A stretch of DNA of 64,000 nt, taken from NCBI GenBank assembly GCA_002269645.1, contig NIVC01002488.1, positions 69,590 through 133,589 on the forward strand. The letters run 5' to 3'. The DNA comes from Macrostomum lignano. Lineage: Eukaryota. The notes under the pieces were generated by a model that ran no database searches, had not been told where the DNA came from, and saw only the letters and a program-made list of their open reading frames with translations. The position numbers and the translations under genes were made by a program. Shown here piece by piece: positions 1 through 11,900 of this stretch. Numbering within the stretch: position 1 is the stretch's first letter; each line of letters begins with the position of its first letter.

Positions 1-985
1 GCACAAGATACACGGTTCCAAATTTGAGTCCTCTTAATATTTCTTTAAACTTGCCGCTGCACTGGCAGTTTAGGCCTGACCATGAATCTGGAGGCTTTTT
101 AACGACTTTTTGTACCGGGTTTTTTTTGCACGCGTCGCAGTTCCAGTTGTGCAGCAGTATATTTTCTCCGTCATTCTGGTTTAAAAAGTTCAGGGGCTTG
201 CTTAGTTGCCCCTGAATTACCAGACGATGCTCTTCTGAGCAGCAGAAGTGCTTTGGAGGTTCAAAATTGACACTCTTCACCGAAATTCCAATCTTCTTCC
301 ACTCGGGTTCGGCTCCAGGATTGACATTTACCTCTTTCTCTATCCGCAGGTCGTACTTTTCTGTTTCACGACAATACACGCAGCCAGGCACACGGAAATC
401 CGGGTGAAAGCTGACGTGAGTTAAAGCCAAGTACTCTCCGAAAATAGACTCTTTAATATCGTTTTTTTCACTGTGAAGAATCATCTCTAGCAAGCACGGG
501 ATCTCTGTCACTTTACTTGAATTTCGGAAAACTTCGAAAGTGATGTTGGCATCTTTGAGCAGCAAGTAAAGAGATGCAGCAGCCAATCCTTCTGAGTAGC
601 TGTCAGGGACGTGAACCACTGTAGCTTCAGACAGCTTCCATTGGTTAGGGTTGTCTAGAAGATGAACAGACAGTCTGTCAGCTTCTTGATTGGATCTTTC
701 ACGAACCACAGGCCTTTTATGAACCACCTCGAATGGTGTTCCTGTAACACATACGCTCTTTCTGAATATAGTGTAGGCTTTTTTGTAAACGGTAAGGAAT
801 TTGGGATCACCATACTGTCCTGAAGACTCGCTGGCAGTTAAAACAGTTAGCAAGGCAGCAAGTTCGTTGCCGCCAGGCAGATCAGCAAAGTTTATTTTGT
901 CGAGTTCCTCTACCAGCTCTTTGTTGTAGCGCGCCGCTATGGTTTGATTCGAAGGATTTATTACATTCGCTGTTACACTGGCCAT
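1..985 (-). CDS. Uncharacterised protein, at least 328 aa, running off the window edge (MASVTANVINPSNQTIAARYNKELVEELDKINF...KFGTVYLV); absent from the ORF track
   Basis: Manual translation: ATG at 985-983 and no in-frame stop down to position 2. An in-frame TAA lies just upstream of the ATG. Cys clusters CVYC, CDAC and CQC. No recognisable family. Confidence 0.75.
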   Translation of the reverse strand, partial: MASVTANVINPSNQTIAARYNKELVEELDKINFADLPGGNELAALLTVLTASESSGQYGDPKFLTVYKKAYTIFRKSVCVTGTPFEVVHKRPVVRERSNQEADRLSVHLLDNPNQWKLSEATVVHVPDSYSEGLAAASLYLLLKDANITFEVFRNSSKVTEIPCLLEMILHSEKNDIKESIFGEYLALTHVSFHPDFRVPGCVYCRETEKYDLRIEKEVNVNPGAEPEWKKIGISVKSVNFEPPKHFCCSEEHRLVIQGQLSKPLNFLNQNDGENILLHNWNCDACKKNPVQKVVKKPPDSWSGLNCQCSGKFKEILRGLKFGTVYLV

Positions 986-1950
986 TGTATTAAACAGATT
1001 TTAGACTTGGCAAAACATGAAATCGGCTCTAAAAGTGGTATTTTATAAAGATGCCGGACTGCAACGAATTTTTTTCCCAGTATAACCAGAAAAGTATATT
1101 ACGAGCTAAAATTGCGCTTACATACGCTCGTCGATCAAACAGAGATTAAATCGGCAGTTGGCAGTTAGGTAATCAAATATTTGCAACTGATCAGCCGTTG
1201 ATGTTGTTTTGAATAAAAATATTTTTTATATCTGCTCACACTCACTATTTGTATATTTCCTAAAACGTGAGGCAAGAATGAAGAGAAGCTTTTTCTGTTT
1301 AAACCAACAAGTTCCGTTTAAATCCAATCAGCAACTGTTCTAGGACCGTAAATTCAGCAGTGTACAAATCAAAATGAGTTGAAACGGCGACCACGGACAA
1401 CACTAGCTAAATTCACGTCTATGTGGTTAAGTGTGGTAAAAACTCAATACTTGTGGCTGCTTTCTTATTCTTTCTTGGAGGGTTGGGAGAAAGAAAGAGC
1501 AGACATTGTAGTCGTCAAAAACTGCTTGAGCTCTTGCACAAAGGCTAAGGCTGTTGAGGCACAAGAACAGTATCTTTCTGTTGCTAACTCAAAACTACAG
1601 TCCATGCATTTGGCTGTGATGATGTACGATATTTTAACCTTAATGCTGTGAGAACACTACTCTCTTTCCGCCCTGCAGAGTCTTAGATACTCTTCGCTCG
1701 GTTTGCAGCATGAGATTACAGCTTGAGAACTTGTTTATTCTCAGGCAGAGCTTTTCTCTTTTGCATGCTCCATTGAGTCAGCGCACGATATATAGAGAAG
1801 AGAGAAATTTTGTCGTTCTATTTTTTAAAGCTCTAAAGAAACGAAACTGCAGCGTCTGAGCTTTCCACTTTTTCATACGGTAGCTGTTCAGTTTTTTAAA
1901 GCATTTCTGACTAGCAGCAGCAAAGAGCTCCACTGCCTGGCAAAGCAGGC

Positions 1951-2978
1951 ATGGCTTTGCTTGGCTTTTACGATGGAATTCTAAAAGAGTTGCTTAGCGC
2001 CTGCGAAATCGCACGCAATGCTGATCAGCCCCTGCTCCAGACCGCAGAAGACTCTCCACTGCTGAAGTTCTGTCTAGAAGAGACCAATGAATCGAGTTGT
2101 CAACTCATCATTCAGCGGGCTGAAAGTGCACACCAGGTCGATGCTGTCTCAGCGCTTTGCTGGACTTCGCCGCATCACCAGGTTGCTATGAGAGTCTCAA
2201 GACAAATTGAAGACTTGACAATGGACTCTGGAAACCAGCAAACTCAGCTCATTCTGTACGACTTGTGCCGATTTGCTTTCAAATACTTGAAGGAGCCCCA
2301 AAAACCCGACCTGAAAATACTTACTAATGAAAAATTGATAATGAGCTTGTTCGACTTCAAGAGACAGCCGGACCATCAGCGAGTGGAAAATTTCCTTGTA
2401 AGTGCCTACCTGTTTATGCACCTTATCCGAGTGCCAGGTGACAGACTTATGACCGTATTTGAAGACGCAAATAGCAGCCTTTGCATCCAGATTGGTGATG
2501 GACCCCGAAGCTCGATTCGAAAGTTGACTTTCGACTGCAGCACCGAAACAGATGAGTCTTTCGAGCAACAATTTCTCAAAACCCTGAGTGAGGGTGGCTC
2601 TCCATTGTACATCTGTTTATTCTTTAACGAACTGAAGACTTGCAGCTGGTACCTCAATGAAAAGGGCAAGGACAAGCAGCACGATAGGCTCCCGAATCAT
2701 GACACAAGCTTGATCAAGCTCGAAGGCGATGGCTCGAAGCTGAATATCTCAGTGACAGCCTTCGATAGCGTTGAAGACAAATACAGCAGCTTCCAGATGG
2801 AGCTGAGTGCGGATGCAGCATTCTCACCCGATCGGTTTGGAGACGATAAGCTGCTGTCGACTGTAGTTCGCCTCGTTCGAAAAGTCGTGGTGGAGCAGAA
2901 GCCGGCCAACCTCTGCCTCGTCTGCCTTACCGTTCCGTGTCGGACAGCCATTAAGTGGTTGGACATCGCTTCCGGCAG
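1951..2978 (+). CDS. Exon 1: 342-codon N-terminal domain of unknown function
   Basis: Long ORF starting at ggcATGg. The apparent stop lies inside a CAG|GTGAGT donor at 2979. Confidence 0.75.
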
Positions 2979-5900
2979 GTGAGTCGCTTATTTTTTAATT
3001 GGGTGGAGCAGGGCTTATTGGATATTTGCTTTTTTACTGTATATACCAAAGAGGAACTGCAAAACAGATTTTAAAATTTTTGGTCACATTATTTCACTAT
3101 GGCTAGTTGCTTATTGTGGTTATAAATTGTGATATTTGTAGTCGTATACAGTGTGTGGGAGTCTTGCTCACTTTCATCGATATTTTAATGATGCCAATGA
3201 GTGTCAAAGCTGTCACCGTAACCGTAAACCGTATTACTTCATTCCGTTGCTGAGTTAACGAAGTAAAATGACAGCTAAATATTACAAATTTGAATGTGAT
3301 TTTCAAAAACGCCAGTGCTTTTATATTTTTCAGGGAGACATCATGTTGTACAGAAGAAGGCCAAACAGTCCCATCTTTTGAAGACGCTCAGTTATCGGTA
3401 GGTTTTCCAATATCCACCTGTTATATCGATTTATGTACTTAATTATTATTTTCGATTTGATTCCAACAACTATCGTTCATGATCATTTTTCTCTATAAGA
3501 AAATTAGTGCGTAGTGTTGATTAATACTAAAAACTATAGTAACCGTCTTTGTAATTAAATAAAAAAAGTTTCTTCCAATTTTCCAGATTTTTCATTCAGC
3601 AGCTAGTGGAGATGTTGCATTGCTGAGGCAGAGACTGGAGTACAACCGACTATTGGTTAGTGCTCGGCAGCAGGAGTTTCCACATCGCACCGCTCTACTC
3701 TGTGCTGCAGCAGCTGCTCCAGAATACTTTTCTCAGGGTCAACAATCGCACACTGAATGTGCGAGCCTACTCATCAACAAAGGAGCTGATGTTGGAGACT
3801 GTGACTCTCGCGGACACTCGGTGCTGCACTGTGCGGTTCTCTCTGACAATGAAAAATTGGTTGAGTTTCTGCTGAAAAATTCAACTGCAGATCCAAACAG
3901 CAGAGACGAGGATGGTCTGACACCCCTGCAGCTTGCGGTAGAGCAGGAGAACGTTGCCATGGCAGACCTATTTCTGGAAAGTGGGGTGGATGTCTGTCTG
4001 AATCCCGACGGAACCATTGTTGAACTTGTCCAAGCTCTCGACTCCGAAAACTTTGAGCTCGTGAGGACACTCCTAAATCATTGTCCGGAAGCAATGTCCG
4101 ACGACCAGTTTTATAAGTACTACTGGCAAGCGTGGAAACTGGATGCGACTCAAATCTGCAGTCTTCTTTTGATGTATGTATGCTCATAGGTATTTTCCAA
4201 AAAGTTATTTTTTTCAATCTAATCGAACTGTAAATTTTTATTGGTCACCTTTTTAGATCAAAATATGGTCTTTCGAACGAAGCGGTTCAGGTAATTTCCC
4301 CAGTTTTTCTAAGCACTGATTATATATGAAACACTTTAACATAAATGTTCTTAATGTTTATTTGCATATGACTGTATAATTGTACATTAGAATATTCATG
4401 ATTTAGAAAAGTTATTGGGTTTTTTTATCAAAGCAGCAATGAGACTTCAGACATCGTAAATCATTCCACTTTTTCGCTAAAAACCCACATTTAGGAAGCA
4501 GCTCAACTCGGTCAGTTTGCATCTCAAGGCGATGTCGAGCAGCTCAAATCGAGGCTCAGCGTCTACAACTGCAACCTCCGAGACTGGGACTGCAGAACTC
4601 CGCTAATGTGGGCAGCCATCGCTAGTTGCGACCCCACAGAGGGACATGCAGACTGTGCTCAGCTGCTGCTCAGTCTGAGAGGAAACCCTAGCGCTGCCGA
4701 TCTTGACGGCAACTCATCATTGCACTTGGCTGCAGCATCCAACAATATTGAAGTGGCGGCGCTGCTGCTGCTGCACGGAGCCGACGTGAAGGTGAAAAAC
4801 CGGAAAGGCGCCTTTCCGGCTGAGCTGGCCAAGCAAAGCGGCCAGCTGGATGTGCAACTCATCATGGAGACCGCTGAGGAGCTGGAACGGTAAGAGCTCT
4901 TTTATAGATTATGCTGATTACTATAATTAAATGTATAGTAAAATTACGATAGAGCGAAACCCGAGTTACTGAGACGCGTGTGACCCAAGTCAAGTATGAG
5001 TAGTTCCGTAAGTCTAGACTGCGTAGCGAGTGAACACCTTCGCTTCCTAAATGGCTTAATATTAAGCGGCTTATGTGGCACAATCCAGATAACAATTACA
5101 TGCATACAAAAATTGATACGAAGCCGCTTTGGTAGATTGCATCAATCCGCCGTAACGCTAGCAATAAAAAAATGAGGATTGTTCGGGAGAGGGGGTAGAC
5201 CAGGGGTCGCAAACTCAGACTCTCAGGGCTCATCCAGCCCGTAAAGCCTCTCTATGCGGCCCTTTGAAACTTCACACCTACAATTCGGTGTATATTTTTA
5301 TGCAACGTTTTGTGCTTTTATCAGCTCTCCTCTCAGTCCTCACCTCTCTCAATTCTTCTCTCTTTTCTCTTCCCTCCCCTCTCCTCCCATCTCTCCTTTT
5401 TCGCTTCTTCTTTTCTCTCATCCACTATCGTTTTTTCTATCATCTCCTCTCTCTCATCCCCTCTCCTTTATTCTCTACTCTCTTCTCAGCCCTTATCCCA
5501 TCCCTTATTTTTTCTTCTCTCTACCCTATTTCCCCTCCTTTCGTTTCTTATTTGGCCTGCAGAAACGATCTAGTTTCTTTATATAGCCTTTGGAGGAAAA
5601 ATGTTAGCCAATCCCAAGGGTAGCCAGTCGGTGGGTCGCCTGAGCAGTTTGAGTTCTGTAGGGTTGCGTTTGGTTTGGGCCGTCGGGTGGGGGCTGCTCT
5701 ATTAGTACATGTACTTGCATCTCGCTTTCTTCTCTGTGCATGCCCACCACCCCAGTTGGGTGAGTCACTTATATCGATTTATCATCGCTGACTATTTAAT
5801 CGCTCCTAAATTATCGTGCATCAAAATATACATCGTAAATTAACTCTAAATTCTCGGCTCTTACAGTTATATATGGAAATAAAGCTGTGAGTGAACTCTC

Positions 5901-8900
5901 ATGCTGGATATGAGTAGCAAAAAAATAACCTTTATATCACCGCAAATAAAACAGAGGATCAGGAAAGTTTCGACAAAATAAAAACGAAGGGAACGGAATG
6001 GAGGGAGAAGAAAAGATGAGACAAATTGTATTCTAAGAGAAGGAACGATTACTAATGGAGTTAAATAAAGGTGAGCAAATAAAAAAACGAATTGACTATT
6101 TGATGAGATGGGCAGACAACAGCCGATTGTATATCTTAGGAGGTATTAGATTAGTTAACCTGGTAAATTAGCTCGTACAAAAAAGAGCTTCATGATACCG
6201 CAGTGACAATAAGAGGCGCAGGGACGGAGCAATGACAGGGGCTGCTGGGGGCAAGAGATGGCAGGGAGACGAGAAAGCGTCTCTGGACTCCTCAAAGGCC
6301 AGGTCTCCCAGCAACGAAACCTCAGCCCGGGTGCAGGAGTCAACCTAAATAGAAAGTGAAACCCCGTGGACCCAGACCGAGTTTCAAACATTGAATAAAA
6401 TGTTAACGAAAAAATCGACACAGGGATAGTGGGGCTGTTCAAAAGCACTGGGACATAGAAGTGACTGTCATTCTCCATATCCACTTTTTTCCTCGGCCCT
6501 CTTTCTCCCTACCTCCCCTCTTTCTTCTAGCCTTTTCATTTCAGTCCCCTCTAAACCCCTCCTCTTTCTCCCTTCCGTTTTCATATCTCCCCTCATTCTC
6601 CTCTCTGACCCTCCCTTTTTCTGCCTCGCTCTTCTCCTTCTCTTCTCTTTCTCCCCATCTTTGCATCTCCTCTATCATCCTCTTTTGTCCTCCCAAAAGT
6701 CTTGGACAGTTGGCACATGTCTACAACACGCCACCTAAACTATCAACAGCCATACAATTGACCAAAATTTCAGTCGCCATGGGGCAGTCACCGTTGGAAA
6801 ATCCACAGAAATTAGAGCTGATCTGCAGATTCGACCAAGACAAACATGGAGCACCCTGTTTTACAAAGAAAATATTCGCATGGCTGGAAGCAATGGTCAC
6901 TTGAAAGTCGTCAAATTTCTCGTGACACAAGTCGCGGACCAAGCAAACAGAGATCGCTGCTGCATCTACGCTGCAGAATCTGCTGCAACAAATGGTCAAT
7001 TAGAAGTCGTCAAGTTTCTCGTTTCGACCGTCTCTGACCAAACAAAAAGAGATCGCTGCTGCATCTACGCTGCAGAATCTGCTGCAACAAATGGTCAATT
7101 AGAAGTCGTCAAGTTTCTCGTTTCGACCGTCGCTGACCAAACAAAAAGAGATGATTACTGCATCACAGCTGCAGAATCTGCTGCAAGCAACGGTCAGTTG
7201 GAAGTCGTGAAGTTTCTCGTTCCCACAGTCACTGACGAAACAAAAAGAGATTATTTCTGCATCAAAGCTGCAGAATCTGCTGTTGTCTGGGGTCAATGGG
7301 AAGTCGTCAAGTTTCTCGTTCCGACAGTCGCTGACGAAAAAAAAAGAGATTATTTCTGCATCAAGGCTGCAGAATCTGCTGCAATCAAGGGCCACTTTGA
7401 AGTCGTCAAGTTCCTCGCTCACAAAGTCACCGACCAAACAAAAAGAGATGATTGCTGCATCAAGGCTGCAGAATCTGCTGCAACAAATGGTCAATTAGAA
7501 GTCGTCAAGTTTCTCGTTTCGACCGTCGCTGACCAAACAAAAAGAGATGATTACTGCATCAAAGCTGCAGAATCTGCTGCAATCTGGGATCGGTGGGACG
7601 TCGTCAAGTTTCTCGTTCCCATAGTCACTGACAAAACAAAAAGAGATGATTGCTGCGTCAAAGCTGCAGAATCTGCTGCAATCAAGGGCCACTTTGAAGT
7701 CGTCAAGTTTCTCCTACACACAATCGCTGACCAAAAAAAAAGAAATGATTGCTGCATCAAAGCTGCAGAATCGGCTGCAACAAATGGTCAATTAGAAATC
7801 GTCAAGTTTCTCGTACACACAGTCGCTGACCAAACAGAAAGAGATGATTGCTGCGTCAAAGCTGCAGAATCTGCTGCAATCAAGGGCCACTTTGAAGTCG
7901 TCAAGTTCCTCGCCGACACAGTCTCTGACCAAGCAAAAAGAGATGATTGCTGCATCAAAGCTGCAGAATCGGCTGCAACAAATGGTCAATTAGAAATCGT
8001 CAAGTTTCTCGTACACACAGTCGCTGACCAAACAAAAAGAGATGATTGCTGCGTCAAAGTTGCAGAGTCTGCTGCAATCAAGGGCCACTTTGAAGTCGTC
8101 AAGTTCCTCGCCGACACAGTCTCTGACCAAGCAAAAAGAGATGATTGCTGCATCAAAGCTGCAGAATCGGCTGCAACAAATGGTCAATTAGAAGTCGTCA
8201 AGTTCCTCGCCGACACAGTCTCTGACCAAACAAAAAGAGATGATTTCTGGATCAAACCTGCAAAAGCTGCTGCAACAAATGGTCAATTAAAAGTCGTCAA
8301 TTTTCTCGTTTCGACCGTCGCTGACCAAACAGTAAGAGATGATTGCCGCATCAAAGCTGCAGAATCGGCTGCAACAAATGGTCAATTAGAAATCGTCAAG
8401 TTTCTCGTACACACAGTCGCTGACCAAACAGAAAGAGATGATTGCTGCGTCAAAGCTGCAGAATCTGCTGCAATCAAGGGCCACTTTGAAGTCGTCAAGC
8501 TCCTCGCCGACACAGTCTCTGACCAAGCAAAAATAGATGATTGCTGCATCAAAGCTGCAGAATCGGCTGCAACAAATGGTCAATTAGAAATCGTCAAGTT
8601 TCTCGTACACACAGTCGCTGACCAAACAAAAAGAGATGATTGCTGCGTCAAAGTTGCAGAGTCTGCTGCAATCAAGGGCCACTTTGAAGTCGTCAAGTTC
8701 CTCGCCGACACAGTCTCTGACCAAGCAAAAAGAGATGATTGCTGCATCAAAGCTGCAGAATCGGCTGCAACAAATGGTCAATTAGAAATCGTCAAGTTCC
8801 TCGCCGACACAGTCTCTGACCAAACAAAAAGAGATGATTTCTGGATCAAACCTGCAAAAGCTGCTGCAACAAATGGTCAATTAAAAGTCGTCAATTTTCT

Positions 8901-11900
8901 CGTTTCGACCGTCGCTGACCAAACAGTAAGAGATGATTACTGCATCAAAGCTGCAGAATCTGCTGTTGTCTGGGGTCAATTAGAAATCGTCAAGTTTCTC
9001 GTACACACAGTCGCTGACCAAACAAAAAGAGATGATTGCTGCGTCAAAGCTGCAGAATCTGCTGCAATCAAGGGCCACTTTGAAGTCGTCAAGTTTCTCC
9101 TACACACAATCGCTGACCAAAAAAAAAGAAATGATTGCTGCATCAAAGCTGCAGAATCGGCTGCAACAAATGGTCAATTAGAAATCGTCAAGTTTCTCGT
9201 ACACACAGTCGCTGACCAAACAGAAAGAGATGATTGCTGCGTCAAAGCTGCAGAATCTGCTGCAATCAAGGGCCACTTTGAAGTCGTCAAGTTCCTCGCC
9301 GACACAGTCTCTGACCAAGCAAAAAGAGATGATTGCTGCGTCAAAGCTGCAGAATCTGCTGCAATCAAGGGCCACTTTGAAGTCGTCAAGTTCCTCGCCG
9401 ACACAGTCTCTGACCAAGCAAAAAGAGATGATTGCTGCATCAAAGCTGCAGAATCGGCTGCAACAAATGGTCAATTAGAAATCGTCAAGTTTCTCGTACA
9501 CACAGTCGCTGACCAAACAAAAAGAGATGATTGCTGCGTCAAAGTTGCAGAGTCTGCTGCAATCGAGGGCCACTTTGAAGTCTTGAAGTTTCTCGTTCTC
9601 AAAGTCACTGACAAAACAAAAAGAGATGATTACTGCATCAAAGCTGCAGAATCTGCTGTTGTCTGGGGTCAATTAGAAATCGTCAAGTTTCTCGTACACA
9701 CAGTCGCTGACCAAACAAAAAGAGATGATTGCTGCGTCAAAGCTGCAGAATCTGCTGCAATCAAGGGCCACTTTGAAGTCGTCAAGCTCCTCGCCGACAC
9801 AGTCTCTGACCAAGCAAAAAGAGATGATTGCTGCATCAAAGCTGCAGAATCTGCTGTTGTCTGGGGTCAATTAGAAATCGTCAAGTTTCTCGTTCCGACA
9901 GTCGCTGACGAAACAAAAAGAGATGATTACTGCATCAAGGCTGCAGAATCTGCTGCAATCAAGGGCCACTTTGAAGTCGTCAAGTTTCTCCTACACACAA
10001 TCGCTGACCAAAAAAAAAGAAATGATTGCTGCATCAAAGCTGCAGAATCGGCTGCAACAAATGGTCAATTAGAAATCGTCAAGTTTCTCGTACACACAGT
10101 CGCTGACCAAGCAAAAAGAGATGATTGCTGCATCAAAGCTGCAGAATCGGCTGCAACAAATGGTCAATTAGAAATCGTCAAGTTCCTCGCCGACACAGTC
10201 TCTGACCAAACAAAAAGAGATGATTTCTGGATCAAACGTGCAAAAGATGCTGCAAGAAATGGTCAATTAAAAGTCGTCAAGTTTCTCGTTTCGACCGTCG
10301 CTGACCAAACAGTAAGAGATGATTACTGCATCAAAGCTGCAGAATCTGCTGTTGTCTGGGGTCAATGGGAAGTCGTCAAGTTTCTCGTTCCGACAGTCGC
10401 TGACGAAACAAAAAGAGATTATTTCTGCATCAAGGCTGCAGAGTCTGCTGCAATCAAGGGCCACTTTGAAGTCGTCAAGTTTCTCCTACACACAATCGCT
10501 GACCAAAAAAAAAGAAATGATTGCTGCATCAAAGCTGCAGAATCGGCTGCAACAAATGGTCAATTAGAAATCGTCAAGTTTCTCGTACACACAGTCGCTG
10601 ACCAAACAGAAAGAGATGATTGCTGCGTCAAAGCTGCAGAATCTGCTGCAATCAAGGGCCACTTTGAAGTCGTCAAGATCCTCGCCGACACAGTCTCTGA
10701 CCAAGCAAAAAGAGATGATTGCTGCATCAAAGCTGCAGAATCGGCTGCAACAAATGGTCAATTAGAAATCGTCAAGTTTCTCGTACACATAGTCGCTGAC
10801 CAAGCAAAAAGAGATGATTGCTGCGTCAAAGCTGCAGAATCTGCTGCAATCAAGGGCCACTTTGAAGTCGTCAAGTTCCTCGCCGACACAGTCTCTGACC
10901 AAGCAAAAAGAGATGATTGCTGCATCAGCGCTATAGAATCTGCTGTAATCTGGGGTCAGTGGGAAGTCGCCGAGTTCCTCATTCCGTGTCTCTCAAGTCC
11001 GAATCAAAAAGCAAATCTCCGTTTCCAATGCGCAGTGGTGGCTTGCTCTCATCTTCGCGAAGATTTCGTCGCCGCCCTCGGCCTGGAGCCCGACTGGCTC
11101 TTCCAATCCAGCACCATCCTCAGCTTCACTGCAGCAATGGCCATCGAAGGCAGGAACTCTGTTCTCACTGACACCCTCTCTCGAATGCAGCCAGCTCACA
11201 TCACACAGCTGCTTTGTCTCTCCATCTCTCAAAGACACGTCGCTCTTGCTGTCACACTGATCTATGATGAGCGAGTCAGCACAGAGCATATCGATCTGCC
11301 AGACAGCACTGGAGCCACTGCTCTCATGCTGGCAGCTGATGCAGGTCATCACGAGCTCATTGAGAAACTCATCGATCTCGGTGCGTCAGTGCGTGCTAAA
11401 GACAGTCAGGGTCGGACTGCTCTGTCACGAGCGTGCGAAGCCGGTCACGTTCGAGCAGCCAAGGCTCTGTTGGACAGAGGAGCGGATGCGAGTCATCGAG
11501 ACGGTCGGGGCCTGACGTGTGCGCAGGTGGCACAGCGATATGAGCAGCGGCAGGTGCTGCGGCTGCTAAATCCTAGTGAAGTGAGGTGAGTTAAGCGAGA
11601 ATTTAACGATTTTTTTTCAATATACGAGTATGTTGCTTAAGTATAGCATTTCTGAAATTATACGAGTTTTTCATGAGCTAGGAAACGCTTGGTAAGAATC
11701 GCTTCAAATAGAAAATACGAGTATTTCGTATGTTTGGGCCATGTAGCGAACACAAGAACGAGGGAAGAAGTGAAGAAGAAAAAAGGGGATAAAATACGAC
11801 GACAAAAAACATGTAGAAAAATATCATTTTGCATTTTTAATTTTCATGAGACAAAACAAGGAATAATTTTAAAAAGATAAGAGAGCGAAGAAACCTTATG

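Noticed and set aside
1379-1651. 90-aa ORF between the divergent genes
   Set aside because: TTG start, no motifs, and it lies in the likely promoter or UTR region.
7099-10761. Many short antisense and alternative-frame ORFs over the array
   Set aside because: By-products of the 99-bp periodicity of the main ORF.
6883-10990. Direct homology of the 33-aa repeats to TAL effectors
   Set aside because: No LTPxQVVAIAS...GGKQALETV consensus. The A-A-x-x-G-H-(L/F)-E-V-V-K-F-L core matches ankyrin and canonical ANKs flank the array, so only the variable di-residue logic is analogous.
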